A DNA stretch of 39,433 bases from Rotaria sp. (GCA_905250055.1 CAJNOF010000078.1:294340-333772); one strand, 5' to 3'; shown: positions 25,066-37,872, numbered from the stretch's first letter. The notes: generated by a model from the sequence alone, not told the origin. Translations and numbers: made by a program.

Positions 25066-25088
25066 GGTGTGGGTGTGGGTGTAGGCCT
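25066..25088. repeat. Short interstitial telomere-like tract (TGTGGG)3 (ttgGGTGTGGGTGTGGGTGTAGG). Similar GGGTGTGGGTGTGA tracts occur at 23755-23771 and 28521-28535. Each is followed 25-45 bp downstream by an inverted CACACCC(ACA) partner.
   Basis: Read directly. TGTGGG is the bdelloid-rotifer telomeric repeat unit; this is established knowledge, but its relevance here is an inference. Confidence 0.5.
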
Positions 25089-26904
25089 TTATCTTCTCTT
25101 CACTCACACCCTACTCAAAATAATACTGGATGTGTGCTCGGAATTATATTGGCAATAGCCGTAATGAACTACAAATTTTATTGAGAGTAGAAATTACATA
25201 AGAGCCAGATCGGTCGGACCCGACACTGATTAAGCAAAGCTTGATTCGGACCGGGCAAGCCTAACGCTTTTCTATGCCATTCTGGACTTGGCCAAGCCAT
25301 GAAAAAGTGGCTGGTTTCGGGTCTTACTAGACATTGGAATCATTGCTTGCTTCTGCTTTTTTCTTATAAGGTTTTTTTTAATTATTTTGAATATGCTGAC
25401 GAAAAGAATGCCAAGATGGTGGGCGCAAGTTCACTTTAAAGACACAGGTCTTTCATTCCTACTCAGCGTTGTATATGGATATATTACACCAATGACTGCA
25501 AAGTATATGATTAAAATGAACATTGAATGACATAAAACAAAACTTATCTCTTTACTTTTAAATTTTAACTAAATGTTATTTCAAAACTTCAGGTTAGTAT
25601 TATGCATTAAAAAACGAAAAGAAAAGATTTGAATATATGCATGTCTACTTCCTATATTTCACAACTCTTGTCTTTTTTGTTACTGACCTAAGAAAATAAT
25701 ATGCAGTTGAAATCATTGAAATACAGAATAAAAATAGCAGTAAAAGCTTTTCTAATCTAATGATGTATCAGAGAAAAATCTCTATAGTGGTTTGCTGAAA
25801 AATCAATGAGTTTCTGATACCAATGAAGACTATAAAGCAAGAATTTTATTTTGATTACTTTGTGTTTTCAAATGATGTAATATTTCAATGTCTGTGTGTA
25901 TCAAACATCATCATCTATTTAAATGAATCTTATTGATATCAAATAACAACTACAAAATGATATTAATATATTTCTTTTTTTATCATACCAATAGATCGAA
26001 AAAACAAGAAAAGCCTCATGATGTCTGATATACATAGACATTGAAATATTACATTATTTGAAATAAAAAAATAAAAAGAAAACTACAAAAATAAAATTCT
26101 TGCAGTTTCGTCTTCAGCGACATTAGAAACTCATTGTGCTTTTTCTAATCTAAACTAGTTAAAGGTTTTTTTAACACATAATTTCATTTCATGAACATTA
26201 CTCTTCATGTCAATAGAGATATATGTTATAACGATTCCAAAATAAAAACTGATGGTTTTCATTTAGATTAGAAGTTATGACTAAAAAAACAGCATAATAT
26301 TGGAAATATAAGTGCTTCAGTGAATTTTCTAATAGTTTCATTCGAATTTTCCAAAAAATAATAGATTAGTTTTTTACAACTCCTTTGAGCAGCCTTTATT
26401 AGATATAATAACACTTTTAAAGATATTCCTGTCATAGTGATCAATAAAAAAAGACGCCTTTGATTTGTCAATTTAAATGTCATAACATTATTGACAATTG
26501 TTCAAGAATTCATCCACAACTCGTATTTCAATATGATATTGATAACTATTAAAGACAGCAAACCTATTGTCCATGTAATATTACTCTCATTTAATTTATC
26601 GTAATGAGAAATATTTGGTGCAAGAATATTTCAATAGTTTCAAAAAGTAAGTATATTGACATTTTTATTATTATTCATACGATTATGGAATATAGAAAGC
26701 GAAAAAGTCCAAAAACAGATCATTTGATGTTTGTATCTACAGCATGAAAAATTGCACATGCATCCATAAGAAAAATTTTTAGTGATGAAGAAACACAGCT
26801 TACTAATGCTTGTTTCAAAAAAAAAAGGCGGGTGAGTATTTTTTTTGAATAACTTTTGAATAGATTTAGCTAGAGAATTGAGGTTTTGACCATTAGAAAG
26901 AAAA

Positions 26905-27295
26905 GATACAGACTCATCGAACCATACATGAAAAAATTTTTCTAACTACTTTCCTAACAGTTTTAGTCAAACGTTCTCAAAAAATTGCTTTTTTTCATAC
27001 GTTAAAAAAGGTGATTTTTCGTCCAAAAAACTACAAAAACTTAAATTTTTCGATTATTTTGTTGAAAAAATTGAGTAATAAATTGCAATCCAATAGTTAG
27101 TATATCTTGCTGGTAGTGGCTAGGAATAGAATTTTTATATAGTTTTGTAGCTCTTCATCTGGTGGTTCTAACACACTCCTGAAAACCAATAAATTAATAT
27201 TGCGACTATGACACGCATGCTGCTTTTCTAGAAGTTTTATATAAAACTGTTACGAAAGTAGTTAGAAAAATGTTTTCATCTATGGTTCGATGCGT
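26905..27295. mobile_element. MITE-like element with ~57-bp terminal inverted repeats (gactcatcgaaccatacatgaaaaaatttttctaactactttcctaacagttttagt vs its reverse complement at 27236-27292) around a ~270-bp AT-rich core.
   Basis: Reverse-complementing 27236-27292 reproduces 26905-26962 with few mismatches. Confidence 0.6.
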
Positions 27296-27901
27296 CTTTA
27301 TCTTCTCTTCCCAATGGTTAAAACCGCAACTCTCTAGTTCAATCTGTTCAAAAGTTATTCCAAAAATGTCCACTTGACTTTTTTCTAAATGGGCATTAGT
27401 AAGTTTTTAATTCTTATGCTGATTTTTCTTGCTGTTGTTGATAGCCATAATCAAGTTGTTGACTCTGCTCATGTTGTTGTTGAGCGTCTCGTGTGCGCTT
27501 TAATTCTGTAAAAAGTATTTGTAGTTTTTCTTTTATAGAGAATCAGAGGACATTAGACAGACAGATGGTAGAATTTCTCGGCCTGTTCATCAGTTTTCTC
27601 GAAAGCGAAAATGTGCATACAACTTGAGTATGATTTTATTCCATAGCGCATCAAAATTGTTCATACACTTAATATTCAAAAACTTTTTTAATTCTAAATC
27701 ACCTATATTTCGAACTTTTTTTTCATCGTCTGATCTTCTCTCACTATCTGCTATATCTGGATAGTCATTGAGCAAAAAGAATTTTCTATAGCTCCATGAC
27801 ATTTGAACCAAATGAGCTAATTTTTCTTTCCTCATAATAGTGAAGGGCTCCAAATGCTTTTTGCCAAATATAAACGATAGATTTTTGGTTTTTTTAATAT
27901 G

Positions 27902-27987
27902 ATTCGAGTTTAGAGGTGAGAAAGTTATTGTTATTTTTTTTTGTTATTAATAACAATAACATTAACTTTCTCACCCCTATTCGAGTT
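27902..27987. repeat. Near-perfect 86-bp palindrome/hairpin (ttcgagtttagaggtgagaaagttattgttatt ... aataacaataacattaactttctcacccctattcgag).
   Basis: Read directly. The arms are about 35 bp and the loop is AT-rich. Confidence 0.6.
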
Positions 27988-29183
27988 CCTCATGTTCTTA
28001 ATTTTTTTCAATTGGTTAAATAATTTATTTACGATATTTGACTTTTTGCTTAGCCTATCTAGATTATCTAAAACTCCACAGAACGTTTTCAGCTGTTTTT
28101 AAACAAGAAACCGCTCAAAAATCCAGTCGACTACAGTGAGCTTGTGATAGATTACATCCATGAGTAATCAATTGCAACGATACATAGGTATCGAAAAAAT
28201 CTTTGTATATTCCATTTTATAGAGTTTATTATGCTAATCATTTTTTGTAAAGGAAAATTCTATTTTGATCTACAAATAATGGTGTTACAGTTCAATTACT
28301 GGAACATCGAGTTGCTCAGGATCACAGGACGATTTGATGTTTTCCGCTGATTTGAAGCCCGCAATTTTATTTGCTGATAAAAATAGAAATATTTTTACAA
28401 GAATAATCAGAGAAGCAAGCTATATAAAATGAGATATGTCAACAAATTTTTGGATACGTTTTTCGTTTTTTATTGTTGTGATTACTTATGAGAATAGCTG
28501 GTAAAAACGGGTGATCGGCGTGTGGGTGTGATAACGATGTTGGTCTCAACCAAATCCACACCCTCTTTTTGTCAAGAAAAAAAATGTAGGAGTGAATATT
28601 ATATAATCGCTATAGTTTCGTCTTTTCTTGCAATTGGAAGTTGGATGAATAGTGTTAGCGAATTGTGTTCACAATACTGAGAATCAAATCTTTTTTTTGC
28701 AAAACTATTTTTTCACTTTCTTGTACTCATGGAAGTGCGAGTGTAGGTATGCATGCGCTTGTTGATCTTTTCTGCGGCATCATCCTCACCCATATCCACA
28801 CCCTGAATCGCTTGAAGAGATTTATTTTTCCTCTTATCATATGGTGAACATTATAACAATTCTGTAAGCCATCTAGTAGTTTAAATATCTAGTCGAGTCA
28901 TTTACACAATTGGCGACAATATCCACAGTGAAGTGCATTAGTGTCGTGCTTGGTGATTTGCCGACATTTTCACAATATATCTCTTTCATCGGCTTGTGCA
29001 ATAACATAAAATACATGACATGACATGTGCAGAATTGTAAAGAAAAAAGTCAACAGCATTGGCCTACTTACTTTTTTCTCTTTTTCTTTCTCTCAAACAC
29101 TAGATACTTGAATATTAGTCATCATAAAAACGATAAAATGAATATATTTGTAAATTAATTAGAAAATTATTGATTACTTTCAG

Positions 29184-32100
29184 ATGAAACAAACGACTAC
29201 ATCTACTCGATCTATGTCACCATTTAACGGTAAATCGATCGTCCTCGAACTTGGCCATGAAATAGGCTTCAAGGCTAAACAAGAACTGATCAACTATTTA
29301 CGAGAACAGAAAGCATATATTTCATATATTCTTACAGCTAGTGTACGGTCTATATCTATTTCACAAGTATTCTGTTGAAGTTGACTGCTGTTTTTTTGTA
29401 GACTGACTTCGTTTTGGTTACCAATAATGTAGACAGCTACAAAACACGCCGTGCCAAACAGCTCGGCTTGCCATTAGTCAATGTTGAATATGTGTACGAG
29501 TGTCGTCGTTTGTCACCTGGTCAAACATTGGTTGATATTAGCAAATTTATTATCAAGTCAGTTGAAGACCAGGAAAATTTTACAAAGACTGGTACTATTT
29601 CCGTCACAGGTATTACAAGATTTCTTTTTTTTTTTTTTTTTGAAAAATCATATCAGGCGTACCTATTTGTTAGGATCCCGAGCAAATACGACCAAAAATA
29701 ATAAAGTCGATTTGACTAAAATCAAGATATGGAATTCAGACGATGTTGATTTGCCTCGTTTCGATGAATTAACACATTGTGAAATTGGCAAATGGGCAAT
29801 TTTTAAAGTACAGTTTTATTCATATACTATAACAATTGTTCTTTTATAACTCCACTGTTTGTAACAGGAAACTAATGATAATTCAGATGTATTTTTTGTT
29901 CTTGAACTCCAAGTTATTCCTGAAACATACTACGATCAAACAACAAGCGATTATCGACTACGATTTCGATATGAAAAACAAATTATTGTTGGTGAAAGTC
30001 AAAAACAAGATAAAAAAGTCTTGATACAATATGCGTTTGGCAATGATCCAAACGAACAGCTACAATTATTTACATCATACTATTATCGTGTAGCTACAAT
30101 GCCACGTGTAACACGAATTCGTGAGATGTTACCGGATAAATTAGGATCCAAACTATTATTACGTGTAAGTCAATAATGCTAAAGAAACGAAAGTATTTTC
30201 CAAAAACAAAGATACATTTGTAGTCTTTATTTACCCATCGTATCGATACACAAATACTCGATGAGAATGTATGTCAATTGATCGAATCGATTTGGCTAGA
30301 GTCAATAGGTGATCTAAATAAAATTTTGAGCGTACAACCTGAATCAATCAATCTTAAAACAGTATACATATTCATTTTGATACATTCAAATTATAGATAT
30401 TGTCTCATATTAATAAATAGATCATTGAAGCCGAAGCTGCCCTACTCGAACTTAAATTGACCAATGATCCAGCTGCAGCACTTCGTTTCTATTCACTTAT
30501 TCCTCATCGACCAGAGTATAATGTTGATCTCATAAAGAATCGTCGAACATTGACCGACAAGATAGATTTATGCCAAGTATGTCTATTTCATTCAAATATT
30601 TCATTTAATCTTCTTTATCATTCAGATGCTTCGAGATATGCTAACAGTCAACGAACTAACTAATTGGAATGTTAAAGCACCGATTGAAGCTAAATATCGA
30701 GCATTAAAATGTCACATTGAAGCGGTAGATAGTTCAAAATCTGAATTTAAGAATGTTGCTGATCTCATTCAATCGTCAACGGACAGGTAATAAGAAGTGA
30801 AGTTCGATTTCATAATGATAATTTGGTTTTGACTCACTAGTGATGAAAAAATTATTATTCACCATGTCTTCAGTGTAGCCAAACAAACAGATGCACTCAA
30901 TTATTGTACATCACTATCTCATCAACGGCAACTATTTCATGGATCGAAATATGCTAATTTTCTTGGAATTCTGTCACGGTAAAATATTATTTCTTCATTC
31001 TCTAGACAGCATTTATAGTACGATCATATACCTTTAGTGGTTTGGCTATGCCAAAAATGGTTGTTGAAGAATTAGGTGTCGTACGTACTGATATTGGTTG
31101 TCTCGGTTATGGGATTTATTTTTCTGATTCTGCTTCTACATCTCTGAAATATACAACAGCAAGTACAACACGACCAGGTCGAAGATTATTGTGCATCTGT
31201 CAAGTAGCACTAGGCGAATCGGCTAATTATTATTCATTTTCACCGACTCTTACTAAACCTCCCAATGGTTTTCATAGTGCCCATGGAGTTAAGCGAACGG
31301 AGGAAAATCATTCAATGTTTACTGTAAGTAGTTTGTGTTCTGTCAACAGGATCATAACTGCATCGCTGAGTAATAGAAAAATGTGCAGCAGCGACAGAGA
31401 ACACTGTGTGATAGTGTTCGACTCGGATGAGATCACGAAAAAGACATTTGGATCTTGAAGTGGATCTGCAGTTTAGACATTTTCCAGATACAAAAGACAG
31501 TCTGAATGTTTTGTCCGTTTCGAAGTCCTATCAGATAAAGTAAAAAAGCTTAATCAAACAAAAATTTATATATGGTTCGATCTTTTCTTTCCCTTTCACA
31601 GAATTTTCCTTATTGAAATCAAGCAAACAAGAAAAAACTATATCATCTAATCGTTTCGTGTCAATAACAAAATATTGACGAAGCATTAAAAACAAATAGA
31701 AATTAAGGACATATTCTTTGTTTCTAATCATGACATGAACGAAAGAAAAAAGGAATTGAGAAATTGCTTCTCTCGAAAAAAGGAGACAAAGTAATGCTAT
31801 TCATTGCGTAAAATTTTTGTGTTGGATAGAAAAAAAATAGATCATTGTATTCTCTATGTATGCTACAACATGATGACAAATTCTAAAAAAATTTATCAAG
31901 TGTTTTGTAGTTTTCAAAGTAGTTAAGTCAGCTGTGAAGAAAATAGCTATTGTTTCAACTCTACAAAATTACCTTCATGTCGGAATCTTTTACCAGAGCT
32001 TGCATAGCATCCTTCGTTTATTTAACAATTTCTTGACGTAGATAACGTACAAGTACAATTAATCAAACAAATGTCAGCGTGATAGTGATGACCATCGCTG

Positions 32101-35100
32101 GTCATATCGCAAAAATATTTTTCTCAGAGATAAAACAGAAAACTCTCAGTCTTCTAATATGTGTAACACGTCATTCTAGAAAACAAGAGTTTCAACTGTC
32201 TTCTTGTATTTGAGAAGACAAAAGTGGTCAAAACATCCTGTTCAAGTGAGAAATAGAACCAAAGCCGAGCAATGTATCTCCATGTAAAAAAGTGCAGCTC
32301 TTTCTCAAGTCACAAACATTGAGTTGTAGAAAAAAAAATAGAAATTATCAGACTTATACATAATGTGAGATCGAGAATCTTCGATAATGTGTCTCAATTA
32401 GGTCTCTGTCAGTTTTATTTCATGGCTAATATGATGGATTTGAAACTCTAATTGAAATTCATCAGAGACCAAATTAAGACTTAACATTGAGGACCATACT
32501 ATTTCGAATATCTTTAATCACGCCATACAAAAATTTAATCTTTATCAAAATAGGATAACGAATATGCAATCTATCAACTTGACCAACAACGTCTACTCTA
32601 CATTGTGGAAGTTTCATGGGTACCAAATGATGCTCTCAATATTGAATTAGAACGATTACCGATTGTTCATCATCAACAACATACATTAAAATTGAGTGAA
32701 CATGGTAATGATAATTTCCATTTTTTGTTAAAATAAAAAATTAGATCAATTTATCTGTTACGTTCTAGTCGAAGTGCCGTTGACAATCGACGATGAAGTC
32801 ATTGAAGTAGCTGAACAAGACTATGGTTTAATATGTCCTTCGTCAGGAAAACTTGTACCACTTAAATCATTTCATATTCGTGCTCAAATTGTTGATGCTA
32901 CAGTTGAAGTAATTATACTTATCTTTCTGTTGATATCATACTACATAGTTCATCCTATTGTCTTTTCAACGAAAAGGTTGTTCTTTATCAAGTCTATCAT
33001 AATACAAGTTCGACACCAATTGAAGCCAAATATGTATTTCCTCTTGATGATAATTCAACTGTATGCGGTTTTGAAGCACATATTAACAATAAAGTTATAA
33101 AGGGCATCGTCAAGGAGAAAGAACAAGCTAAAAAAGAATATCGAGAAGCAATTGAAAAGGGTCATGGTGCTTATTTAATGCATCAAGAACAAGCTCAAGT
33201 ATTCAGTGTAGCTGTTGGCAATCTACCAGCGAACAATGAAGTCATTATCAAGATAACTTATGTTGCTGAATTAGAAATCGAAAATGGTGATATTATTTTT
33301 CGCCTTCCAGTCAAAATGGCTTCATGGCAATCAAAACAAGCGATTGAAAGCAAAGATCAATCGATTGTACGAACCATCGATATTATAGATGAAAAAGTCG
33401 AATTTAGTTTTAAGGCATCGATTCGAATGCCCTATGAAATAACTAAATTATTCTCGCCAACACATCGTCTTCGTCGAAAATTAACCGACTGTATAGCCAT
33501 GATCGAACTTGTTGATAACGTTTTAATTGATCGAGATTTCGTTCTTTCGATAACACTCAAAAGTGCTAATCTACCTCGAATATTAAACGAAACATTATCA
33601 TTGGATGGTGACAGCGAAACAACAACGACAACATCGAACAATGTTGATTCTCAAGCATGTATGCTGACATTTTATCCACGATTCGAAACATTAACAAATT
33701 CGTACGAACATATTGAAATTATATTCATTGTTGATGTGTCGAATTCGATGGATGGTACACATGTACAACAAGCTAAACAGTTAGCACATTTGTTTCTTAC
33801 GAATTTGAAAGCAGGCGACATAAATACATATTTTAATATAGTGACGTTTGGATCAGGTAATTAGATGATCATCTGTAGTACTATTTTATTGTTCACATTT
33901 GAACTATTTAGATAATGATGAATGTTTTCCTATTTCAACATCAACTACAAAAGAAAATCTTGATAAAGCTAAACACTTTGTTTTGGTTGGTTGTTTATTT
34001 TGAATGCAATTTTTTCTTTCAAAAATTTATGTGTTTACATATTGTAGCATTCACTTGTTCATCGTGGTAACACGAATCTATTTGCTGTTCTTCACCGTTA
34101 TGCATTGTTACCATCATCAAATTTTGGTCGACAATTTATTATTCTCTCTGATGGACATATTCATGATCTTCAATCGATTCTTGTTTTACTCGAACATCAA
34201 TCAACTATGCGTCGAGATCGTATATTTGCATGTTCAATTGGTAATGTTGGTAACAAACATAGTTTGAAACAATTAGCAAATGGAGCAAGTGGAGGTGGTC
34301 TAACAATCGTATTCGATTCGAATTATCGATCGAAATGGAAAACAAAAGTATTAAATATTCTCGAACAAGTTCGACAACCATGTGTTACAAGTATATCAAT
34401 TGATTGGCATGGTCGTTTTGATGAACAACAAAAATTTAATATGCAAGCACCAAAAATAATTCGATCATTGTTTAATGGAATGCGACTTAGTGTCTATCGA
34501 TTTATACAAAATTGTCATAAGGCCATATTAACAGCTACTATCGATGGACAAGAATATGTTACAACTGTATTTAGTAGTGCAACGACAACGACGAAAGGAC
34601 GTATCCTACACTGTTTAACCGCTCGAGCAATTATCGATGATTATGACAATGGGTTATTGCATGTAGATGAAAGTGAAAATGAACTGATGAAAGTTCAATA
34701 TAAACAAGATCTCATTGATCTAAGCATCAAACATTCAGTCGTTAGTGCATACACTAGTTTCGTTGCTATCGAAGAACGTGATACTAAAACAGATGCAAAA
34801 ACTCTTCAATCAGGTTAGTAGAAAGTTAAATAGAATGTAATTAATTGCTATCGATAATCATAAGCATTATTGTTTTATTCTATTAATAGTTCGTTTCGTA
34901 AAGTTTTAACTCTTCAAAAACTTTCGAAGAAAAAATTTGATTCTTTTTTACTAATGCCTATTACTATTAAAAAAATAGTCGACAATGTACGTTCTATTAT
35001 AGGTGTTCGTCTTCTTGATGTTATGCTCGATCGAGATGTTGACTTATTACCGTACATTGGATGGGATGGTGATATATCAACTTTGGATACAATCAAACAG

Positions 35101-35466
35101 AAATTAATCGAAGCACGTATTACACTCGAAAGTGCATCGATTCAAAGCAAAAAAGAATCCGTAGTTGATATTGAAAAACTTTGTGAAAAAATTTCCTATC
35201 GAGCAGGTGGTGATGCGAAATTTGATATGATGATGAGTATCATACGCACATATCGTTATGTATTGAATGAGCATGAAAAAGCAAATGAAATCGAAAATAA
35301 AATGCAAAAGGGTACGTTATTCATTAATAAATCAACGTTCATACATATCGATTTTTGAAAAATAAATAGATCTTAAGACTGAAATGATTAGTGCAACGAC
35401 AGAAGAACGACAAGCATTACAACAACAATGCCAAGCTAACAATTTGATAATCACAAGTGATGAAGA
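29184..35466 (+). CDS. PARP4: Vault poly(ADP-ribose) polymerase (PARP4/vPARP) orthologue with BRCT, PARP helical/regulatory, PARP catalytic, VIT and vWA domains. At least 16 exons; the 3' end is unresolved. The modal intron is about 55-65 nt, plus one 1230-nt intron.
   Basis: Exons: 29184..29342, 29402..29609, 29674..29807, 29868..30164, 30224..30361, 30421..30576, 30626..30786, 30841..30978, 31038..31323, 32554..32704, 32769..32908, 32977..33856, 33912..33985 (donor alternatively at 33979), 34048..34813, 34979..35311 (acceptor alternatively at 34904), 35370..35466? All are GT..AG and phases were checked. Matches to human PARP4 as recalled: BRCT (VLVTNNVDSYKTRRAKQLGLPLVNVEYVYECRR); SIWLESIGDLNKIL like MIWAEALGHLEHML; FYSLIPH; KYRALKCHIEAV; catalytic LFHGSKYANFLGILSR, GIYFSDSASTSLKY, LLCICQVALGE, DNEYAIYQLDQQRLLYIVEV; VIT (PIEAKYVFPLDDNSTVCGFEAHINNKVIKG..GHGAYLM..VGNLP); vWA (IIFIVDVSNSMDG...VTFGSG...GNTNLFAVLHRYALL...FIILSDGH); RILHCLTARAIIDDYDNGLLH; YTSFVAIEERD; DVDLLPYIGWDG. 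The AG abuts the ATG at 29182-29186. Confidence 0.88.
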
Positions 35467-37755
35467 GTATGCAAAAGAAAATGGAGGAAATATTGAGAAT
35501 AAAAATTTCACCTTTGTTTTTTGTTTGCAGTGAATCATTAGGCGACTTCAATGGTAAGTCAAGTAGTAAGTGGAGACACTTTATTTGCTACCAAGGCAAT
35601 GAAAAAATTTTAAGCTTTGCTTCCTTTGTCTAATTTTATCTTTGACTTGAAGTTAAAGCCTACTATCTGTATTTGGCAACTGCTTATTTTCGGTAGGACT
35701 ATTCCAATATTTATCGCAGATTTCGTTATGAGGTAGTAAGGTTTTAAAAAATACTCCGATATGATAGAATAAAGTATTGTTTAGTATGAACATAGGATTG
35801 TTCAATGAGTGATTTGACTTTCATGTTGAATTGAAGAATAAATAGGAATTCGTTTTTGGATTGAATAAAAGAGATGTTAACTAGTTCCGATAATCGAATG
35901 ATGTAAGTCAATTAGAGAGACGATGTTCGATTTCTATCATGAAATTTCAACTTTTGGATTCGACGTATAAATAAAGCAAAGCTGTTAGTGTTATTTTAAT
36001 CAACATGAACACAGGCAACCATAAAAAAAATTCATAATATATTCGCAAACGGATGTATTAATCTTCGGGTAGAAATCTATCTTAATGTTAAATCATATAT
36101 GAGAATATGTTTAATTCATTTAGTAGAAATATATTTTATCATTATAGAACGATTGTTTCATTTAAAAAAAAAATCAATGGTTTGAGTATTCATAGTATTA
36201 TAACTTTTCGAAAAAGATTTATGACTTGATTTAACTACCTCTAACCCAATACATCCATTAATTGAGCAAACAAAAACGATGCGATCATTTTTTCCAAAGG
36301 AATGTTGATATTTCATTTTTATAGAATATGCTTGCTACAAACTTCACTTTAAAGGATTAGCAAAAACTCAACGACTGGAAAAGATGAGAAATATAATGGC
36401 GTCGGTACGTCAATCTACTGTTCTATGTAGGATTGACAACGAAATCGAATATTTATTTTTTAGTTGGGTGAAGTGCCAAATGCCTCTGACGTACCCTCTA
36501 CACCATCATCATTATCATCATCAGCATCATCATCATCGTCATCACTAGTACTTGCACCAGTAGTGATAAGTAAAAATAACGTATCAATTACTACACATAA
36601 CAAAAGTTAAGGGCGTGGGCAGATACAGAAAAACAAAAATTATCATTCATGACCATACCGATGGCGAAAATCTGGTTTCTTTAAGGCTTCTTTCTACTAA
36701 ATGAAAAGATTTTCGAAACAATCAAGTCGGTTGAACTGATATTTCTATAAATACTCAATATACATATTTGCAAAGAAGACACTACACAACAATCCTTTTT
36801 TTTTATAGAAAACAAATGATTTTCGCTCTAGAAAAGAGAAATCGCTTTTGTGACATCTTTAGACATATCACGAATTTGTTTTCATATAAAATAAATATAA
36901 TATTCGAGATAGAATTTCCAAGAAAAACATTATTGGTGAACCATAGAAAATATATTCGTAAATAAGCAAATCTTGATTGAAATAACGACAAAAATTTGAA
37001 GTAATATACCAGGGTCATAGTTGAAATGGAATACAAAAATATCAAGGTTATGGTCATTTTGTCTGAATTTCACTATTGATTTTGGGATATTCATCGAGAT
37101 ATCAAACTGAAAAATTTTGACTTTAGGTTTTGTTCATAGATACACTGGATGTTTCTTTGAACATTCTGCAAGTTTCAGTCGAAATGAACGTTTTTAAATT
37201 GACATACTGAATTATCAAAAAGCTAGCGATTCCCTACGAAAGTCAAATTTTATGTCTTGAGAAAGGAACTTTCATTTCGACTTAAAATCTTAAAATATTC
37301 TCTGAATATCGTTTTCGACAAAGTTATATTTTTTTACTTTGATTTACGATGCTGACTCAGAAACTTTTGTCTCAAATCTTAAGATAAAATATAAATCAGA
37401 AAAGTCAAGTTTTCAGTCACCGTTAAAAAAGTCCTAAATTATATAACAGTCAGTATTCATCTAGATCCGTCAATTCTATTCAACCGTTTAGAAATTGTGA
37501 AAATATCTTATGCTGTTTTTCTAAAGTATTATTTCTTTGCATCATCAAAAATAGTATCTCGAAAAAAAAGTGACTGAGCCTCAATATTCTGATTTCATTC
37601 AAAAACTTATATTCATACGGTGATGCTTAATTTGAGAATAAGAGTTTGATCTTGTAGTAAAGATGCAAATACTTTTGACACATTTTATTTTTCAAAAAGT
37701 CTATAGATTATTTAATTTTACTTCTGGTTTAAATATTCTGTATTTTTTCTTTAAG

Positions 37756-37872
37756 AGACACGCAGAATGTGTTCGTCTGCAGAAAAATCATATCCCAAGG
37801 ATGAAGACTATGATATGATAGGTTTCGACTATTTTGATGATGGTATGTCAACAGCTTCCTACTCGGCACCTC
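37756..37872 (+). CDS. Alternative first coding exon A of a small acidic-protein gene (ATG at 37767, MCSSAEKSYPKDEDYDMIGFDYFDDGMSTASYSAP, phase-1 donor C|gtaagt at 37873). It is preceded by an SL-acceptor-like tttctttaag|.
   Basis: It is paralogous to exon B, 570 bp downstream. Upstream 65 bp, coding sequence and intron start are all duplicated, and a consensus GTAAGT donor sits at the aligned position. The ORF read-through beyond the donor is judged spurious. Confidence 0.45.

Noticed and set aside
31042-31458. A 138-aa ORF-track hit, initially taken for a single PARP catalytic exon.
   Set aside because: It starts at a non-ATG (TTG). The first 94 codons are exon 31038..31323; the rest is intron read-through. 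The human-collinear continuation (DNEYAIYQ...) is at 32554.
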